DNA of 64,000 nt from Deltaproteobacteria bacterium (GTDB lineage: Bacteria > Myxococcota_A > Polyangia > Polyangiales > Houyiibacteriaceae). The position numbers and the translations under genes are program-made. Each line of letters starts with the position of its first letter. Position 1 is the first letter of the stretch. Below the pieces are notes generated by a model, which did no database searches, was not told where the DNA came from, and saw nothing but the letters and a program-made list of their open reading frames with translations. This document shows, piece after piece, positions 19,772 to 30,948 of the stretch. The stretch lies in the NCBI GenBank assembly GCA_034670305.1, contig JAXMNT010000004.1, positions 200,142 through 264,141 of the forward strand, written 5' to 3'.

Positions 19772-21226
19772 ATGGCCCGAGTACGGAATCTTCTGATCAC
19801 CCTCGCCCTCACCGGCTGCCCGGCCGAGTCCCCCGTCACGCCGGAACCAGAGCCAACCCAGGGCGCTGAAGAGGCCCGCTCGTTTGCCAGCATCGAAGAA
19901 GCCACCGCCGCGCTCGAGAGCGGCGACCAGGCGGCCGCCATCTTTCTCGCGGAGCAAGTGCACGACCCCGACACCTCGGACGAAGACGTCGTCGAAGCGC
20001 TCGCCGGTCTGCAAGCCGCGCCCCAAGTGGCCGCGGCGCGGTGGGGGCTGGACCGGGCCTCGGGCAACTCGCCGGTGCACAACCGAATCCGGATCCACGC
20101 GATGCGCATGCTCGGTGCGACCGGGAGCGAGGAGGCGGTCGAGCCGCTGGCCAGCGTGGTCGACGACAGCCGCAGCCACATCCTGATTCGTAGGCTCGCT
20201 GTGGAGAGCCTGGGCCAACTTCGTTCCGAGAGCGCCCTGCCGGTCTTGCTCCGCGCGCTCTACATCGCAGACCGTGAGAACCCGGCAATGCGCATGAACG
20301 ACGCAGCCGCCTTGGCGCTCCTCCAGCTTGGTGAGGTCGCGGTGCAGCCTCTTTTGGAGATCCTCGATGCGGAACCGGAGGGCGCACACGACGACATCCT
20401 CACGCTGACCGAAGCCTACGTGGGCCAAGTGCTCACGGCGAACTCGGCTGTGGAGATGAACCCACGCGAAGTCCGCATGGGCGAGGCGCTGTACGTCCTT
20501 GGCGCTCTCGGCGACCCGCGCGCGGCGCCGCGCTTGGTGGAGTTGAGCGCCGACGAGGACTCCCATGTCTCGCTGGGTGCGATGATGGCGGCCGCGCGCC
20601 TGGTCCCCACGCCGCCAGAGACGTTCGGGCTCGTGGACGCGGCGATTCAGGACGCAGACCGGCCTGCGTACGAACGCGCTCAGCTGCTCGCACTGATGGT
20701 GCGTTTGCCAGACAACCGGGCCGTCAGCGTCTGCCAGCGCATCGCAGAGGGCGGGGACGAACTCCCGCTCCGCTACCAAGCGACCAACTTCTTCTGGCTG
20801 CTGGCAACCGCCACCGAAGCCGGACGTTTCTCCTCCGCGGAGGACATTCCAATGAACGACTCACTCGAAGCGCTGGCCAGTCTCTCGGAGCGCTGCAACG
20901 ACCTAGCTTGCTACCGCGACATGCTCGACCCCGGAGACCACGTGGCGTTCGAGAAGGCGAGCGCAATGCTCATCCGGGTGGGCGACCAGGAGCCCGAGAC
21001 CATCGATCGATTCTTCGGTGCCCTTCGCACGGGGGAGATCATGGTCCGCCGCCAGGCCACCCAGGCCATCGATCGCCTGCTTGTGACCCCCACCCAGGCG
21101 CAGGCCGATGCGCTGCGGCACCTCACCGACACCCTTGAAGTAGCGGAAGCTGGACGCGCCAGCTGGCACGCTGTCCAGAGTGAACTTCGCATCGTGGTCG
21201 AGCGCGTGGCAGGCCGAGTCCAGTAG
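19772..21226 (+). CDS. HEAT-repeat lipoprotein
   Basis: Lipobox LALTGC; repeated LG..G...AV.PL HEAT/PBS-lyase units. Confidence 0.82.
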   Translation: MARVRNLLITLALTGCPAESPVTPEPEPTQGAEEARSFASIEEATAALESGDQAAAIFLAEQVHDPDTSDEDVVEALAGLQAAPQVAAARWGLDRASGNSPVHNRIRIHAMRMLGATGSEEAVEPLASVVDDSRSHILIRRLAVESLGQLRSESALPVLLRALYIADRENPAMRMNDAAALALLQLGEVAVQPLLEILDAEPEGAHDDILTLTEAYVGQVLTANSAVEMNPREVRMGEALYVLGALGDPRAAPRLVELSADEDSHVSLGAMMAAARLVPTPPETFGLVDAAIQDADRPAYERAQLLALMVRLPDNRAVSVCQRIAEGGDELPLRYQATNFFWLLATATEAGRFSSAEDIPMNDSLEALASLSERCNDLACYRDMLDPGDHVAFEKASAMLIRVGDQEPETIDRFFGALRTGEIMVRRQATQAIDRLLVTPTQAQADALRHLTDTLEVAEAGRASWHAVQSELRIVVERVAGRVQ

Positions 21227-21240
21227 ACCGCCAACGGGGG

Positions 21241-23082
21241 TCAGCTGGCCGCGTCGTAGACGCCGCTGGAGCTCTTGGTGTGCGACTGCGGCAGCACCAT
21301 GGTGAACACGGTTTTCCCCGGTTCGCTCTCGCACGTGATCGTACCGCCGTGGTCTTCGACGATCTGGGCGACGATGGCGAGGCCGAGGCCGGTGCCGCCC
21401 TTCTTGCCATGCGTGATGAAGGATTCGAAGAGCCGCCCTTTGATGAGCTCCGGCACGCCAGGGCCGTCGTCGATGAACTGGAGCACGAGCGCTTTGGTCT
21501 CCACGTCCCGGTCGACGATGATCCGGAACGTGCCGCGCCGGTCGGTCGCAGCGATGGCCTCGGCCGCGTTGCGCGCGAGGTTGTGCACGGCGCGCATGAG
21601 CTTCGGTCCGTCGACGTGTGCGATGCCGCGATCCCGCAGCTCGAGCTGGATGTCGATGTGCTCCTCGAGGCTCCGCCGGACCTGCTCGGTGAGCACGTCG
21701 AAGAACTGGTACAGGTACACCTTCCGGACCCAGAGCTTGCGGTCGCCACGCGCGAACGCGAGCGTCTCGCGGGTCATGTCGTCGAGCACGTCCACCTGGG
21801 TGAGCACCGACTCCACGTACTGCGCTCGGATCTCGCCGTCTGCCTCCCCTGCGAGCATGCGCGCGTACCCCTTGATGATCGTCATCGGGGTCTTCAGGTC
21901 GTGGAGCACACTGGAGAGGAACTGGCCGAGGGCCGTCAGCCGCTCTTCCCGCTCCTGCCGCTCTCGGCCGCGGGCGATTTGAATCGCGGTCGAGATGTGT
22001 CCCGCGATCACCGTGGCGAGCTTCAGGTCGTCCGAGGTGAAGTTGCTTCGGCCCTTGCCCTTGTTGAGCAGCTCGACCGCCCCGATGCCTTCCAGTTCGC
22101 CGTCGTCCCAGCGAAGCGGCACACAGAGCACGTTCCGCGGATGGTACCCGGTGTGCTCCGAGATGTGCCGGGAGTGGCGGTCGTCGTCGTCGAGGCGGTT
22201 GACCACCTGCGGCTTGTTGTTCTTCGCCACCCAGCCGCAGATGCCCTGGCCGGATCGGATCTTCAGCTTCTTCACCTTCTCGGGCTCGCCGCCCACCGCC
22301 GCGCGGAAGTGCAGGTCGCCGGTGACCTCGTGGGCCAACATGATCGATGCGGCTTCGGCGTCGACGGCCCGCATGGTGCGCGCCAGCATCGCTTGCAGCA
22401 GCTCGTCGAGATCTTCGGTGCTCGCCGACACCTGCGCGATCTCGAAGAGCACGTCGAGTTCGCGGATCTTGTTCTGGAGCTGCTCTTGGGTTTCGAGCAG
22501 CTCGATGTTCTTGCCGACGACACTCAAGAACAGCTTCGAGTTCTCGATCGACACGGCCGCTTGAGAAGCCAGCGCACCGAGCAGGCGCTCGTCGGCGACC
22601 ATGAAATAGCCGTGGCGTTTGTTGAGCACCTGCACCACGCCGATGATCCGGCCGTGCTGGTTCTTCATCGGGATACACAGAACGCTGCGGGTGCGGTAGC
22701 CGGTGCGGCGGTCCCACTCGCCATCGAACCGAACGTCCTGGTAGGCGTCCTTGAGGTTCAGCGGCTTGCCGGTCTTCGCCACGGAACCGGCGAGCCCTTC
22801 CCCGACCTTCAAACGGATCTCGTGCACGAGTTCGCCCTGCGCGACCTTCGACCACAGCTCGCCAGTGTCTTCGTCGAGCAAGTAGAGGGTGGAGCGCTCC
22901 GCATCCATCAGGTCGCTGATGCGGGCGAGCACCACGGTCAGCAGCTCGTTCAGATCGAGCGTCGAACCAAGCAAGACGCCGATCTCTTGCAGGGCGCGCA
23001 GTTTGGCGCGCTCGCGCTCCATCTCGAGCCTCAGCTCAGACAGCGCCTCCGCATCGGTCTCGGCTTCGGTCTCCGTCGACAC
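21241..23082 (-). CDS. Cytoplasmic GAF-GAF sensor histidine kinase
   Basis: Two GAF domains (TGYRTRSVLCIP, QVLNK / ELLNK), H-box HDLKTPM, N-box NLARNA, DDGPG, GTGLGL. Confidence 0.93.
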   Translation of the reverse strand: MSTETEAETDAEALSELRLEMERERAKLRALQEIGVLLGSTLDLNELLTVVLARISDLMDAERSTLYLLDEDTGELWSKVAQGELVHEIRLKVGEGLAGSVAKTGKPLNLKDAYQDVRFDGEWDRRTGYRTRSVLCIPMKNQHGRIIGVVQVLNKRHGYFMVADERLLGALASQAAVSIENSKLFLSVVGKNIELLETQEQLQNKIRELDVLFEIAQVSASTEDLDELLQAMLARTMRAVDAEAASIMLAHEVTGDLHFRAAVGGEPEKVKKLKIRSGQGICGWVAKNNKPQVVNRLDDDDRHSRHISEHTGYHPRNVLCVPLRWDDGELEGIGAVELLNKGKGRSNFTSDDLKLATVIAGHISTAIQIARGRERQEREERLTALGQFLSSVLHDLKTPMTIIKGYARMLAGEADGEIRAQYVESVLTQVDVLDDMTRETLAFARGDRKLWVRKVYLYQFFDVLTEQVRRSLEEHIDIQLELRDRGIAHVDGPKLMRAVHNLARNAAEAIAATDRRGTFRIIVDRDVETKALVLQFIDDGPGVPELIKGRLFESFITHGKKGGTGLGLAIVAQIVEDHGGTITCESEPGKTVFTMVLPQSHTKSSSGVYDAAS

Positions 23083-23193
23083 AGGCCATTGTCCCCGCAA
23101 AGGGGGGACAACATCAACCAGCGTGTTGGGCGTTCACGCGCTCGAAGCGGGCACGCACGCAAGCCAAGGGCAAGGGGAGCAGCTTCGCGTGCT

Positions 23194-24312
23194 CTAGAAC
23201 CCGCGGCGCATCTCGACCTTGTCGCCCACCTCGACCGCGCGCACGCTCCGCGTGATGAGCAGCGTGGCCGTGCTCGGTCGAACCGACACCACGCGGCCTT
23301 CGGCCGTCACTTCGGGCGGGTACTGGTCTTCGTCGGCGCTCGGTGCATCCGGCAACTCCTGGCCGTAGTCGAGCCCGTCGTCGAGAAGGCCTGTCCGCCA
23401 TTCGTCTCCGCTTCGGACGATGAAGAACCGGTTGCCGAGCTGGACGCCCGACTCTCCACCGATGTTGATGAAGACGATCTGGCTGTCGGAGCTGAGCTGG
23501 AGCGGGCGCAGCGTGGCGACCACGTCCCCCTGGATGTCGCGGGCGTTCTCACGCGGCGGGACGACCTCGAAGCGGCGCGGAATCGGCGCCACTCGGAAGC
23601 CGCGCTCGATCGGATCGAGCGCCTCGGTGATGGTCGCCCGGCCGACGCCGCGGTCGCGGTCGTAGCTTCGCAGGCGGACGGTTCCGAAGATGCGGACGAG
23701 CTCCCCGAGTTCTTCTTCGCGTCGTTCGCGCTCTTCCATCTGCCGGAAGATCGTGTACTCGCGGCCCGGCTGGATCTGCGCGCCCTCTTCGAAACGAATG
23801 TAGACCTCATCGAACGCGCTGAGCAGCATGTGCTCTTCGGGCGAACCAATGATGATCCCCGCGTTCTCGAGCGCGTCGGTGTCGAGGAAGCCCTGGTCGC
23901 GAAGCCAGACGGTTCCCGCAGGCGCCCGGGAGGGAGCGCGCACGCTGGTCTGAGGCAGCTGCGCGAGCTGCGCGCCTTCGGGCCGCAGCCGCAATCGGTC
24001 GAGCGGGTAGATCCAGTGGGGGTTCGTGATCTCCGGGTTGTAGGACCACACCCGGGGCCACTCGTACGAGTTGCCGTAGAAGCGACCGGTCACACCCCAG
24101 AGCGTGTCGCCCCGTCGCACCGTGTAGACGTCGGGAATGAACGCGGCGCGTGAACGGCCGAGCACGATGCCGCGGCCACTCGAGCGCGCGGCCTCCAGCC
24201 CGTAGTCGTCTTGCGCGGTCGCGGGCAGCACGGGCAAAGCCAAGGCCACGACGATCGCGGCGACTTCCCGCATGCGGGCCGACAAACTTCGGCGGTGGGA
24301 TCCACGCTTCAT
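23194..24312 (-). CDS. Secreted LysM peptidoglycan-binding protein (start uncertain)
   Basis: Signal peptide; YTVRRGDTLW...WPRVWSYNPEITNPHWIYP; beta-rich C-terminus. Confidence 0.85.
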   Translation of the reverse strand: MKRGSHRRSLSARMREVAAIVVALALPVLPATAQDDYGLEAARSSGRGIVLGRSRAAFIPDVYTVRRGDTLWGVTGRFYGNSYEWPRVWSYNPEITNPHWIYPLDRLRLRPEGAQLAQLPQTSVRAPSRAPAGTVWLRDQGFLDTDALENAGIIIGSPEEHMLLSAFDEVYIRFEEGAQIQPGREYTIFRQMEERERREEELGELVRIFGTVRLRSYDRDRGVGRATITEALDPIERGFRVAPIPRRFEVVPPRENARDIQGDVVATLRPLQLSSDSQIVFINIGGESGVQLGNRFFIVRSGDEWRTGLLDDGLDYGQELPDAPSADEDQYPPEVTAEGRVVSVRPSTATLLITRSVRAVEVGDKVEMRRGF

Positions 24313-24313
24313 G

Positions 24314-25264
24314 TCACACATCCTCTCTCATCGCGGTGCGTGCGGCCACGCTCTCCGGGTGTTCTTGCTGGAGCTGCTCGAATGCGCGGTGCGCGGCGGC
24401 GGGGTCGCCCATGTGCTGGTGGCACATGCCGATCTTCAACATGGCTTCGGCCACCTTCCGCCCTTGCGGATGCAACCGGACGTACAGACGAAACGCCGAC
24501 CGTGCCCGGCGGTACTCACGCTGGATGTAGAGCGACTCGGCCCTCCAGTAGCGTGCGTTGGCCGCGAGGTGGTGGCTGGGGTGGTCGGTCAGGAAACGAT
24601 CGAACCCCGCGAGTGCCCGCTCGAAACGCTGTGCCCGCAGTTCCCCGAGCGCCGCCCGGTAGCTCTCCCGTCCGATGTCGAACGCTGCCCGCGCACGGGG
24701 CGCCGGAGCGACCGCGGCCGGGAGCGGCAGAGGCGCGGGCTCGACCTGCGGACTGGTGGGCAACGGTGCGAGTGCGGGCGCCACCGGCAAACTGGCCCGT
24801 GCCCATCCCGATGCTTCGGCCGCCGGTATGGCGCGCACCGGAACGTCCGGCAGCGGCTCGTCCCGCGTGCCGTAGAGGCGCAAGACCGGCCGGGGCCGCG
24901 AGGAGACATCCTCCGTCTCCTCGGGTTCGGCCGGTGTCGGCAAGTTGTCCTCGGGGTCGTCCCACGCGCCGCCTTCGTCGTCTGCGAAGGACGTGCTCTC
25001 CGATCCCGAGGCCGGCGAACCGATCCGCACCGTCTCCCGTGGAAGCGACTCGGCCGACTGTGCCTGCGCCAGTGCGAGCCTCGTCCGCATCTCGCGCATC
25101 TCTTCTTCGTGCGCCTGCCGTTCTGCGCGCAGGGTTGCCAGCTCCGCTTCGTTGGCGCGTTCAACCGCGGCCTCCGAAGTGACGTCGGCGGCACTGGCCG
25201 GCTGCGATGTGGTCTGACCACAGGCCATCGAGAGAAGAAGGGTGACGAATGCGAGCGTTTTCAC
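24314..25264 (-). CDS. cpoB: CpoB/YbgF-like TPR lipoprotein
   Basis: Lipobox LSMAC, coiled coil, TPRs ANARYWRAES and EAMLKIG. Confidence 0.8.
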   Translation of the reverse strand: MKTLAFVTLLLSMACGQTTSQPASAADVTSEAAVERANEAELATLRAERQAHEEEMREMRTRLALAQAQSAESLPRETVRIGSPASGSESTSFADDEGGAWDDPEDNLPTPAEPEETEDVSSRPRPVLRLYGTRDEPLPDVPVRAIPAAEASGWARASLPVAPALAPLPTSPQVEPAPLPLPAAVAPAPRARAAFDIGRESYRAALGELRAQRFERALAGFDRFLTDHPSHHLAANARYWRAESLYIQREYRRARSAFRLYVRLHPQGRKVAEAMLKIGMCHQHMGDPAAAHRAFEQLQQEHPESVAARTAMREDV

Positions 25265-25533
25265 GGGTCCTCACCTGCATCCTAGAGAGTGCGATCCCAG
25301 CGACCAAGAAAGCGACGAACGAACCGGGCCGGCGCGAAGCGAAGTGGGAGAGGAGGCCCTCGGCGGGCGTTGCGCCGCAGACCGACGGGAACGCGCCCCG
25401 CCCCTGGGACAACGAAACGGTGTTGGACAAAGCTTGACCATCCACCCCCGACGGGCAGGATCTGAAGAACAGCTCGTTGAGCGCCCGACACTGTGACCCA
25501 CCCTGCCCACCCACGTTCCTCGAGGCCTGCCTG

Positions 25534-27702
25534 ATGGCAGAGGACGGAGGCGTCTCCCTCATCCGGGACATCGTGCTGCTCGCGGAGCGGCGCGCGACGG
25601 GGGTGCTGGAGATCGACGGTCCCAACGGGGCCGTGCTCCACGTCTACTTCATGGACGGCTGGCCGGTCTTCGCGGAAGCCGGCACGCTCGGCGACTCTCT
25701 CGGGCGCGTGCTGCTGACTGAGGGACTGCTCGACGAGTCGCAGTACGCGGACGTGGTGCGCATGATGACCGACTCGCTCGTCGACAACGAAGCGATGCGG
25801 TTCGGGGAATGCGCGGTCTCCCTTGGCTTCGTGACGCCCGACGAGGTCACACTGGCACTGGCCCGTCAGGTTCGGCGCAAAATCGTCAGCTGCCTCCAGT
25901 GGACGCGGGTCGAGCGCGGGTTCGACCCCGACGTGCGCGCCCTCGGCAAGAGCAACCGGTACCCCTGCGCACCCAAGCCGCTCCTCGTGGAGGGGATTCG
26001 AAAGTTCTTCGACTCGACCCGTCTGCTCCCGGTCCTCGGCCCCCATCTGCAGAAGTACTTGCTCTTGGAAGGCCGGGCCGACGAGGTCGCGACCAGGTGC
26101 GGGTTCTCGGACCGGGAAGAGGCGTGCCTGACGACCATGGATGGCACCGCGACGTTGGCGGACGTCCTGACCAGCGGAGGCCCCGACGGCCTCTCCGGGG
26201 CCGAGACGGCGTTGCTCCTCGGTTCGCTCGTCTTGCTCGAAGAAGTCTCCGTCCACGACGCGCCGGCGGCGCGTTCTGACCACCCCACTCCGCAACCGGT
26301 GGCCGAGCCCTTCGTCGACATCCTCGAGACCCTGGGCGCCCGCCGCGACACCACCCCAGCGCCGCCGCCCGCCCTCGCAGAACTCCTGGAGCCCTACGAC
26401 GCGGCAGCAGCCGACCTCGCCACCCCATCCACCCCTCTCCCAGCCGCGCCCGCCACCATCGCCGAACCCCGCCCCCCGACATCCGCGTCGACCGCGGCTT
26501 CGGAATCGGCTTCGGAATCGGCTTCGGAATCGGATTCGGAGTCGGCGTCGGAGTCGGCTTCGGCTTCGGAGTCGGCTTCGGAATCGGCTTCGGCTTCGGC
26601 TTCGGCTTCGACTTCGGCTTCGGAATCGGCTTCGGCTTCGGCTTCGGCTTCGGCTTCGGAGTCGGCTTCGGCTTCGGCCTCCGCTTCGGTATCGGCTTCG
26701 GTATCGGAATCGGCTTCGGAATCGGCTTCGGAATCGGCTTCGGAGTCGGCTTCGGCCACGGTCGCGCCCCGCCGCCAACTCGCCAAGATCAAGCTCACCG
26801 TCTCGGCACGGCGCAAACCGGTGCCCACGGACGCGCCCGCAACCACCGCGCACGACGCCGATGCCCGTCGTCCGAAGACGGAGGAGTCACAACCCCTCCC
26901 TCCTCATCCTCCCCGCCAGCGACTCAATTCGGACTTCGTGGACGCCTTCATCCGGCAGTTCGGACCCGGGGCCGCCCCGCCCGCGAAACCGGCGCCGGAG
27001 CCCGAGGTCGAGGCTCCTTCGACTTCACCGCAGGGTGACGAGGAAGGGGGCTGGGACTGGGACGACTTCCAAGCGGCCGAGGAGGCGCCACAGGAACCCG
27101 CCGAGCCGCGGCCTCGGGTCAAACGCAAGGACACGGCCCTCGCCGCCGCGCGACGACGGGCCAAACAGCTCGCGAAGATGGCCGCCTCCGCCCGCCCCCG
27201 GACGCCGCCTGCCGGGATCCCGGCCCACCAGGGTCCTCCCCAGCGGTCGCGGCGCAAGCTCCGGCAGTCCCAGATCATCCGGAAGAAGCGCATCCTCGCC
27301 GAGAAGGAGTTCCGGACCGCGCGCGCGCACATTCGGCGGGCCGAGTGGCCGGTCGCAGAGAAGCTGCTCCAGCGCGCGCTCGAGTACGAGCCCGACCAAG
27401 TCGAGTACGAGATCCATCTCGTGTGGGTTCAGTTCCGCCTTCGCCCAGAGGACCCGGCCGCCCGCACACAGTTGGAGTCGGTGGTCGCCCGCGCCTTCGC
27501 CCAAGACCGGCGGATGGCGTTCGCCCACTACGTCCAGGGTCAGATCGCGCTGCTCGACGAGGACGAAGAAGGCGCCTGGAAGGCGTTCCGAAATGCGATG
27601 CTGCTCGACCCGGCGTTGCGGGACGCCGAACGCCACTTCCGCCTCATCGACATGCGGACCGAGAAGGCGGACTGGAAGAAGAAGCTCCGCAAGAAGAAGT
27701 AG
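25534..27702 (+). CDS. DUF4388/PATAN-like N-terminal domain protein with (SA/SE)n linker and C-terminal TPRs
   Basis: [17 protein letters not shown]...SLGRVLL; low-complexity linker; TPR-like helices. Confidence 0.7.
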   Translation: MAEDGGVSLIRDIVLLAERRATGVLEIDGPNGAVLHVYFMDGWPVFAEAGTLGDSLGRVLLTEGLLDESQYADVVRMMTDSLVDNEAMRFGECAVSLGFVTPDEVTLALARQVRRKIVSCLQWTRVERGFDPDVRALGKSNRYPCAPKPLLVEGIRKFFDSTRLLPVLGPHLQKYLLLEGRADEVATRCGFSDREEACLTTMDGTATLADVLTSGGPDGLSGAETALLLGSLVLLEEVSVHDAPAARSDHPTPQPVAEPFVDILETLGARRDTTPAPPPALAELLEPYDAAAADLATPSTPLPAAPATIAEPRPPTSASTAASESASESASESDSESASESASASESASESASASASASTSASESASASASASASESASASASASVSASVSESASESASESASESASATVAPRRQLAKIKLTVSARRKPVPTDAPATTAHDADARRPKTEESQPLPPHPPRQRLNSDFVDAFIRQFGPGAAPPAKPAPEPEVEAPSTSPQGDEEGGWDWDDFQAAEEAPQEPAEPRPRVKRKDTALAAARRRAKQLAKMAASARPRTPPAGIPAHQGPPQRSRRKLRQSQIIRKKRILAEKEFRTARAHIRRAEWPVAEKLLQRALEYEPDQVEYEIHLVWVQFRLRPEDPAARTQLESVVARAFAQDRRMAFAHYVQGQIALLDEDEEGAWKAFRNAMLLDPALRDAERHFRLIDMRTEKADWKKKLRKKK
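26481..26757 (+). repeat. (TCGGCT/TCGGAA)n hexamer array encoding Ser-Ala/Ser-Glu
   Basis: Tandem hexamers visible directly. Confidence 0.95.
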
Positions 27703-27709
27703 CGGTGCT

Positions 27710-28663
27710 TCAGGGCGCCATCGCGCCCATCGCCCGGAACTTCGCGTAGCGATCTTCGATGCGGGTCGGGGCATCCATCGCGGTGAGGTCCGCGAGATGC
27801 CGGGTCAGATGAACCTTGAGGCGCGCCGCCGCGTCGTCGATGTCGCGGTGCGCACCCCCGACCGGTTCTTCGACGAGCTCGTCCACGATGCCGATGCGCA
27901 AGGCATCGCCCGCCAGCAGTTTGAGCTGTTCGGCCGCTTCGGGTGCACGGGCACCGTCTCGCCACAGGATGGACGCGCAGCCCTCGGGCGTGATGACCGA
28001 GTAGGTGGAGTACTGGAGCATCAACACTCGGTTGGCGACCCCGAGCGCGAGCGCACCGCCGCTGCCGCCCTCCCCGATCACCGTGGCGATGATCGGCACG
28101 GGCAGGCGCGACATCACGAGCAACGAATGCCCAATCGCTTCACTCTGCCCACGCTCTTCGGCTTCGAGCCCAGGGTACGCGCCGGGCGTGTCGATGAACG
28201 TCATCACCGGCCGTCCATACCGCGCGGCCAGCTCCATGATTCGACACGACTTCCGGTACCCCTCCGGGTGGGCCATGCCGAAGTTGCGCTGGACCTTCTC
28301 CTTCGTGGATCGGCCCTTCTGGTGACCGATGACGGCAACGCTCTGCCCGTTGAAGCGGGCGAAGCCGGCGATCACGGCGGGGTCGTCGGCGAACGCGCGG
28401 TCGCCGTGCAGCTCGACGAAATCGTCGAACATGCGGGTCAGATAGTCGCGAAAGTAGGGACGGTCCGGGTGGCGGCTGAGCTGAACCTTCTGCCAAACGG
28501 TGAGGTCTTCGTAGAGCTCACGCTGCAGCTGCTCGGCCCGATCTTCGAGCTCCTGGATCTGCTGCACGATCCCATCGTCGTCGTCCAGATCGGAAACCGA
28601 CTTGAGGTCGCGAATGCGCCGTTCGAGTTCAACGAGCGGCTTCTCGAAATCGAGGTGGGCCAT
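27710..28663 (-). CDS. accA: Acetyl-CoA carboxylase carboxyltransferase alpha subunit
   Basis: LDFEKP, RHPDRP, ELHGDR, RNFGM, IDTPGAYPG, GEGGSGGAL. Confidence 0.97.
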   Translation of the reverse strand: MAHLDFEKPLVELERRIRDLKSVSDLDDDDGIVQQIQELEDRAEQLQRELYEDLTVWQKVQLSRHPDRPYFRDYLTRMFDDFVELHGDRAFADDPAVIAGFARFNGQSVAVIGHQKGRSTKEKVQRNFGMAHPEGYRKSCRIMELAARYGRPVMTFIDTPGAYPGLEAEERGQSEAIGHSLLVMSRLPVPIIATVIGEGGSGGALALGVANRVLMLQYSTYSVITPEGCASILWRDGARAPEAAEQLKLLAGDALRIGIVDELVEEPVGGAHRDIDDAAARLKVHLTRHLADLTAMDAPTRIEDRYAKFRAMGAMAP

Positions 28664-28797
28664 GGTGGGTGGCTACTCCGCGTTTGCTGTCCACGCCACC
28701 GCGAACCCCTGATGGTCGGCGAGCGGAAGCGCTTCCGCATCGGATGTTCGGGGGTCGTGCATTCTCGTGATGTTCCGAAGGGGCCGGGCTACACGGG

Positions 28798-30504
28798 CTA
28801 CACGGGCCGCGTGCGATCGTCCCACATCGTGGAGGGATCCTTGTGTCCCACGACGTTGAAGATCTTGAGCGCCTTGGCTTTGCCCTTCACTTCGGCCATC
28901 GGAAGTTCTTCGACCTCGAAGTAGTCCCCGACGACCGCGAAGAGCTGCTCGCTGATGATGCATTGGCCGGCCTTCGCGACCGAACACAGGCGCGCGCCGG
29001 TGTTCACGGTGTCGCCGATGACCGTGTACTCGAGCGCCTTGCTGCTCCCGAGGTACCCAGCGACGACTTCGCCGGTGTTGATGCCGATACCGATTTCCAG
29101 GACCGCCTTGCCCTCTTTGCGACGGGTCTGGTTGAACTCGTTCTCGAGCACGTCGAGCATCTTCAGCGCGGTGCGCACCGCTCGGACCGCGTCGTCGGGA
29201 TGGGCCACCGGCGAACCGAAGAGCGCCATGATCTCGTCCCCGACGAACTTGTCGAGCGTGCCTTCGTTCTCGAAGATGATCTCCACCATCAGCTCGAAGT
29301 AGTCGTTCAGCATGTCGACGACTTCCTGCGCTGGCATGCTCTCGCTCATCGAGGTGAAGCCGCGAATGTCGCTGAAGAGCACGGTCGTCTCGCGAAGTTC
29401 GCCGCCCTTCTTGACCTCGACCTTGCCGCTGATGACCTGCTCCGCAATCGCGGGCGAGAGAAGTCGCTGGAAGCGCTCCCGGGTGATCGCCTCGTGCTGC
29501 AACTGCCGTGCGAAGAGGGAGTTCTGCACCGCGATCGCGGCCTGGTTCGCGACGTTCTGAAACAGCTGCAAGTCCTTCTCGGTGAAGGCGTTCGCAGCGA
29601 TCTGCGAGTCGAGCAGCATGATGCCGAACACGTCCTCGCCATGGAGAAGCGGCACCGCCATCGAACTGCGGATGCCTTGCATGATGATCGAGTGGGCCCC
29701 CTGAAAGCGGGAGTCCACCGATGCATCGCTCGAGAGCACGGCGGCTTTGTCGCGCAGCACTTCTTCGATGATCGTCGTGGAGAGCACGACGTCCTCGTCG
29801 ACCTTCGCGGCCTTCGTGCGCACGCAGCGCGGCTGGAGCTCCTTCTCCGCGTCGTAGAGCAACACCACACCGCGGTCGGCGGGCAAGATGGAGAACGCCG
29901 CGTCGAGGATCTTCTCGAGCAACCGGTCGACGTCCAGCTCCATGCCGATCGCCTGCATCAGTTCGTAGCTGGCCCGCAGCTTCTCGTAGTCGCGTCGGAG
30001 CGCGTCGTTGTCCTGGACGAGCCGCTCGGGCAGGAAGTTCTGCTCCAAGAGCGGCGCGAGCTTGGTCCGGATGTGGCTCTCCACCATGCCCGGCGCGATC
30101 GTCACCTTGGAGGTGGGGGGCGGCAGGCCCCCGACCGTCGCTGCCACGCCGCCGACGGGGGCGACTGGAGCCACGGCCCCCGCGGGTTCCGCCAGATCCG
30201 GATGGCCGACGCCCAGAATCGTCGAATCGTCCTGGAAGATGATGCGCGTGGATCCGAGGGTGATCTCGTCTCCGTTGTTGAGCACCTTGTCGCCGACCCG
30301 CTCGCCGTTGATGAACGTTCCGTTCAACGAGCCCAGGTCGCGAAGCACGTAGCGGCCATCGACGAGGTCGATGTGGCAGTGCTCCTTCGACACGATCCGA
30401 TCCAGCACCTGATGGGTGTTGTTCGGGTGCCGTCCCAGGGTGTTGTGGACCCCGAGCTCGCGTTCCTGACGGCCGTCGGGGCCAATGATGGTGATCCGGG
30501 CCAT
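28798..30504 (-). CDS. FHA-GAF class III adenylate cyclase
   Basis: FHA ([18 protein letters not shown]), [31 protein letters not shown]. Confidence 0.92.
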   Translation of the reverse strand: MARITIIGPDGRQERELGVHNTLGRHPNNTHQVLDRIVSKEHCHIDLVDGRYVLRDLGSLNGTFINGERVGDKVLNNGDEITLGSTRIIFQDDSTILGVGHPDLAEPAGAVAPVAPVGGVAATVGGLPPPTSKVTIAPGMVESHIRTKLAPLLEQNFLPERLVQDNDALRRDYEKLRASYELMQAIGMELDVDRLLEKILDAAFSILPADRGVVLLYDAEKELQPRCVRTKAAKVDEDVVLSTTIIEEVLRDKAAVLSSDASVDSRFQGAHSIIMQGIRSSMAVPLLHGEDVFGIMLLDSQIAANAFTEKDLQLFQNVANQAAIAVQNSLFARQLQHEAITRERFQRLLSPAIAEQVISGKVEVKKGGELRETTVLFSDIRGFTSMSESMPAQEVVDMLNDYFELMVEIIFENEGTLDKFVGDEIMALFGSPVAHPDDAVRAVRTALKMLDVLENEFNQTRRKEGKAVLEIGIGINTGEVVAGYLGSSKALEYTVIGDTVNTGARLCSVAKAGQCIISEQLFAVVGDYFEVEELPMAEVKGKAKALKIFNVVGHKDPSTMWDDRTRPV

Positions 30505-30705
30505 AGGGTGCGGAGCGAGCCCGATGCTAACGAGACCCCGCGGGGGAGTAAAGCTCGGTTTTGGGAAGTTCAGGCCCCTGGGCCGCCTTGCCCGGGCGGA
30601 TGCGCAGGACCCTCGACTTTGCCGGGGACGATGCTACCTTCCGCCGCCCCTTCTTCTTCACGGCCGCCGACCTCGGCGCCGGAACCTGGACTGGATCAAG
30701 ATCTC

Positions 30706-30948
30706 ATGGCTCGCGTTACCGTCGAAGACTGCCTCGAACACGAAGAGAACCGCTTTGCACTCGTGGTGCTTGCCGGTCGCCGGACCCGTCAGCTCATGAA
30801 GGGCGCGCCCGCACTCGTCGCGAGCAAGAACCGCGCAGCGGTCACCGCACTTCGCGAGATCGCAGCCCAGACCGTCCGGTACAACCGACCGGTCAAAGAA
30901 GCGGTCGAAGAGTTCATCGTCGAGACGAAGAACGCCGAGATCCGCTAG
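30706..30948 (+). CDS. rpoZ: RNA polymerase omega subunit
   Basis: [21 protein letters not shown]...ALREIA; 80 aa at the end of ORF 28843..30948. Confidence 0.95.
   Translation: MARVTVEDCLEHEENRFALVVLAGRRTRQLMKGAPALVASKNRAAVTALREIAAQTVRYNRPVKEAVEEFIVETKNAEIR

Noticed and set aside
28787..28808. 9-bp duplication CTACACGGG at the adenylate cyclase stop as a target-site duplication
   Set aside because: No intervening element; too short to distinguish from slippage
30945..30948. CTAG shared by convergent stop codons (also 50098-50101) as IS scars
   Set aside because: A four-base overlap of two TAG stops is an ordinary convergent arrangement and no element sequence is present
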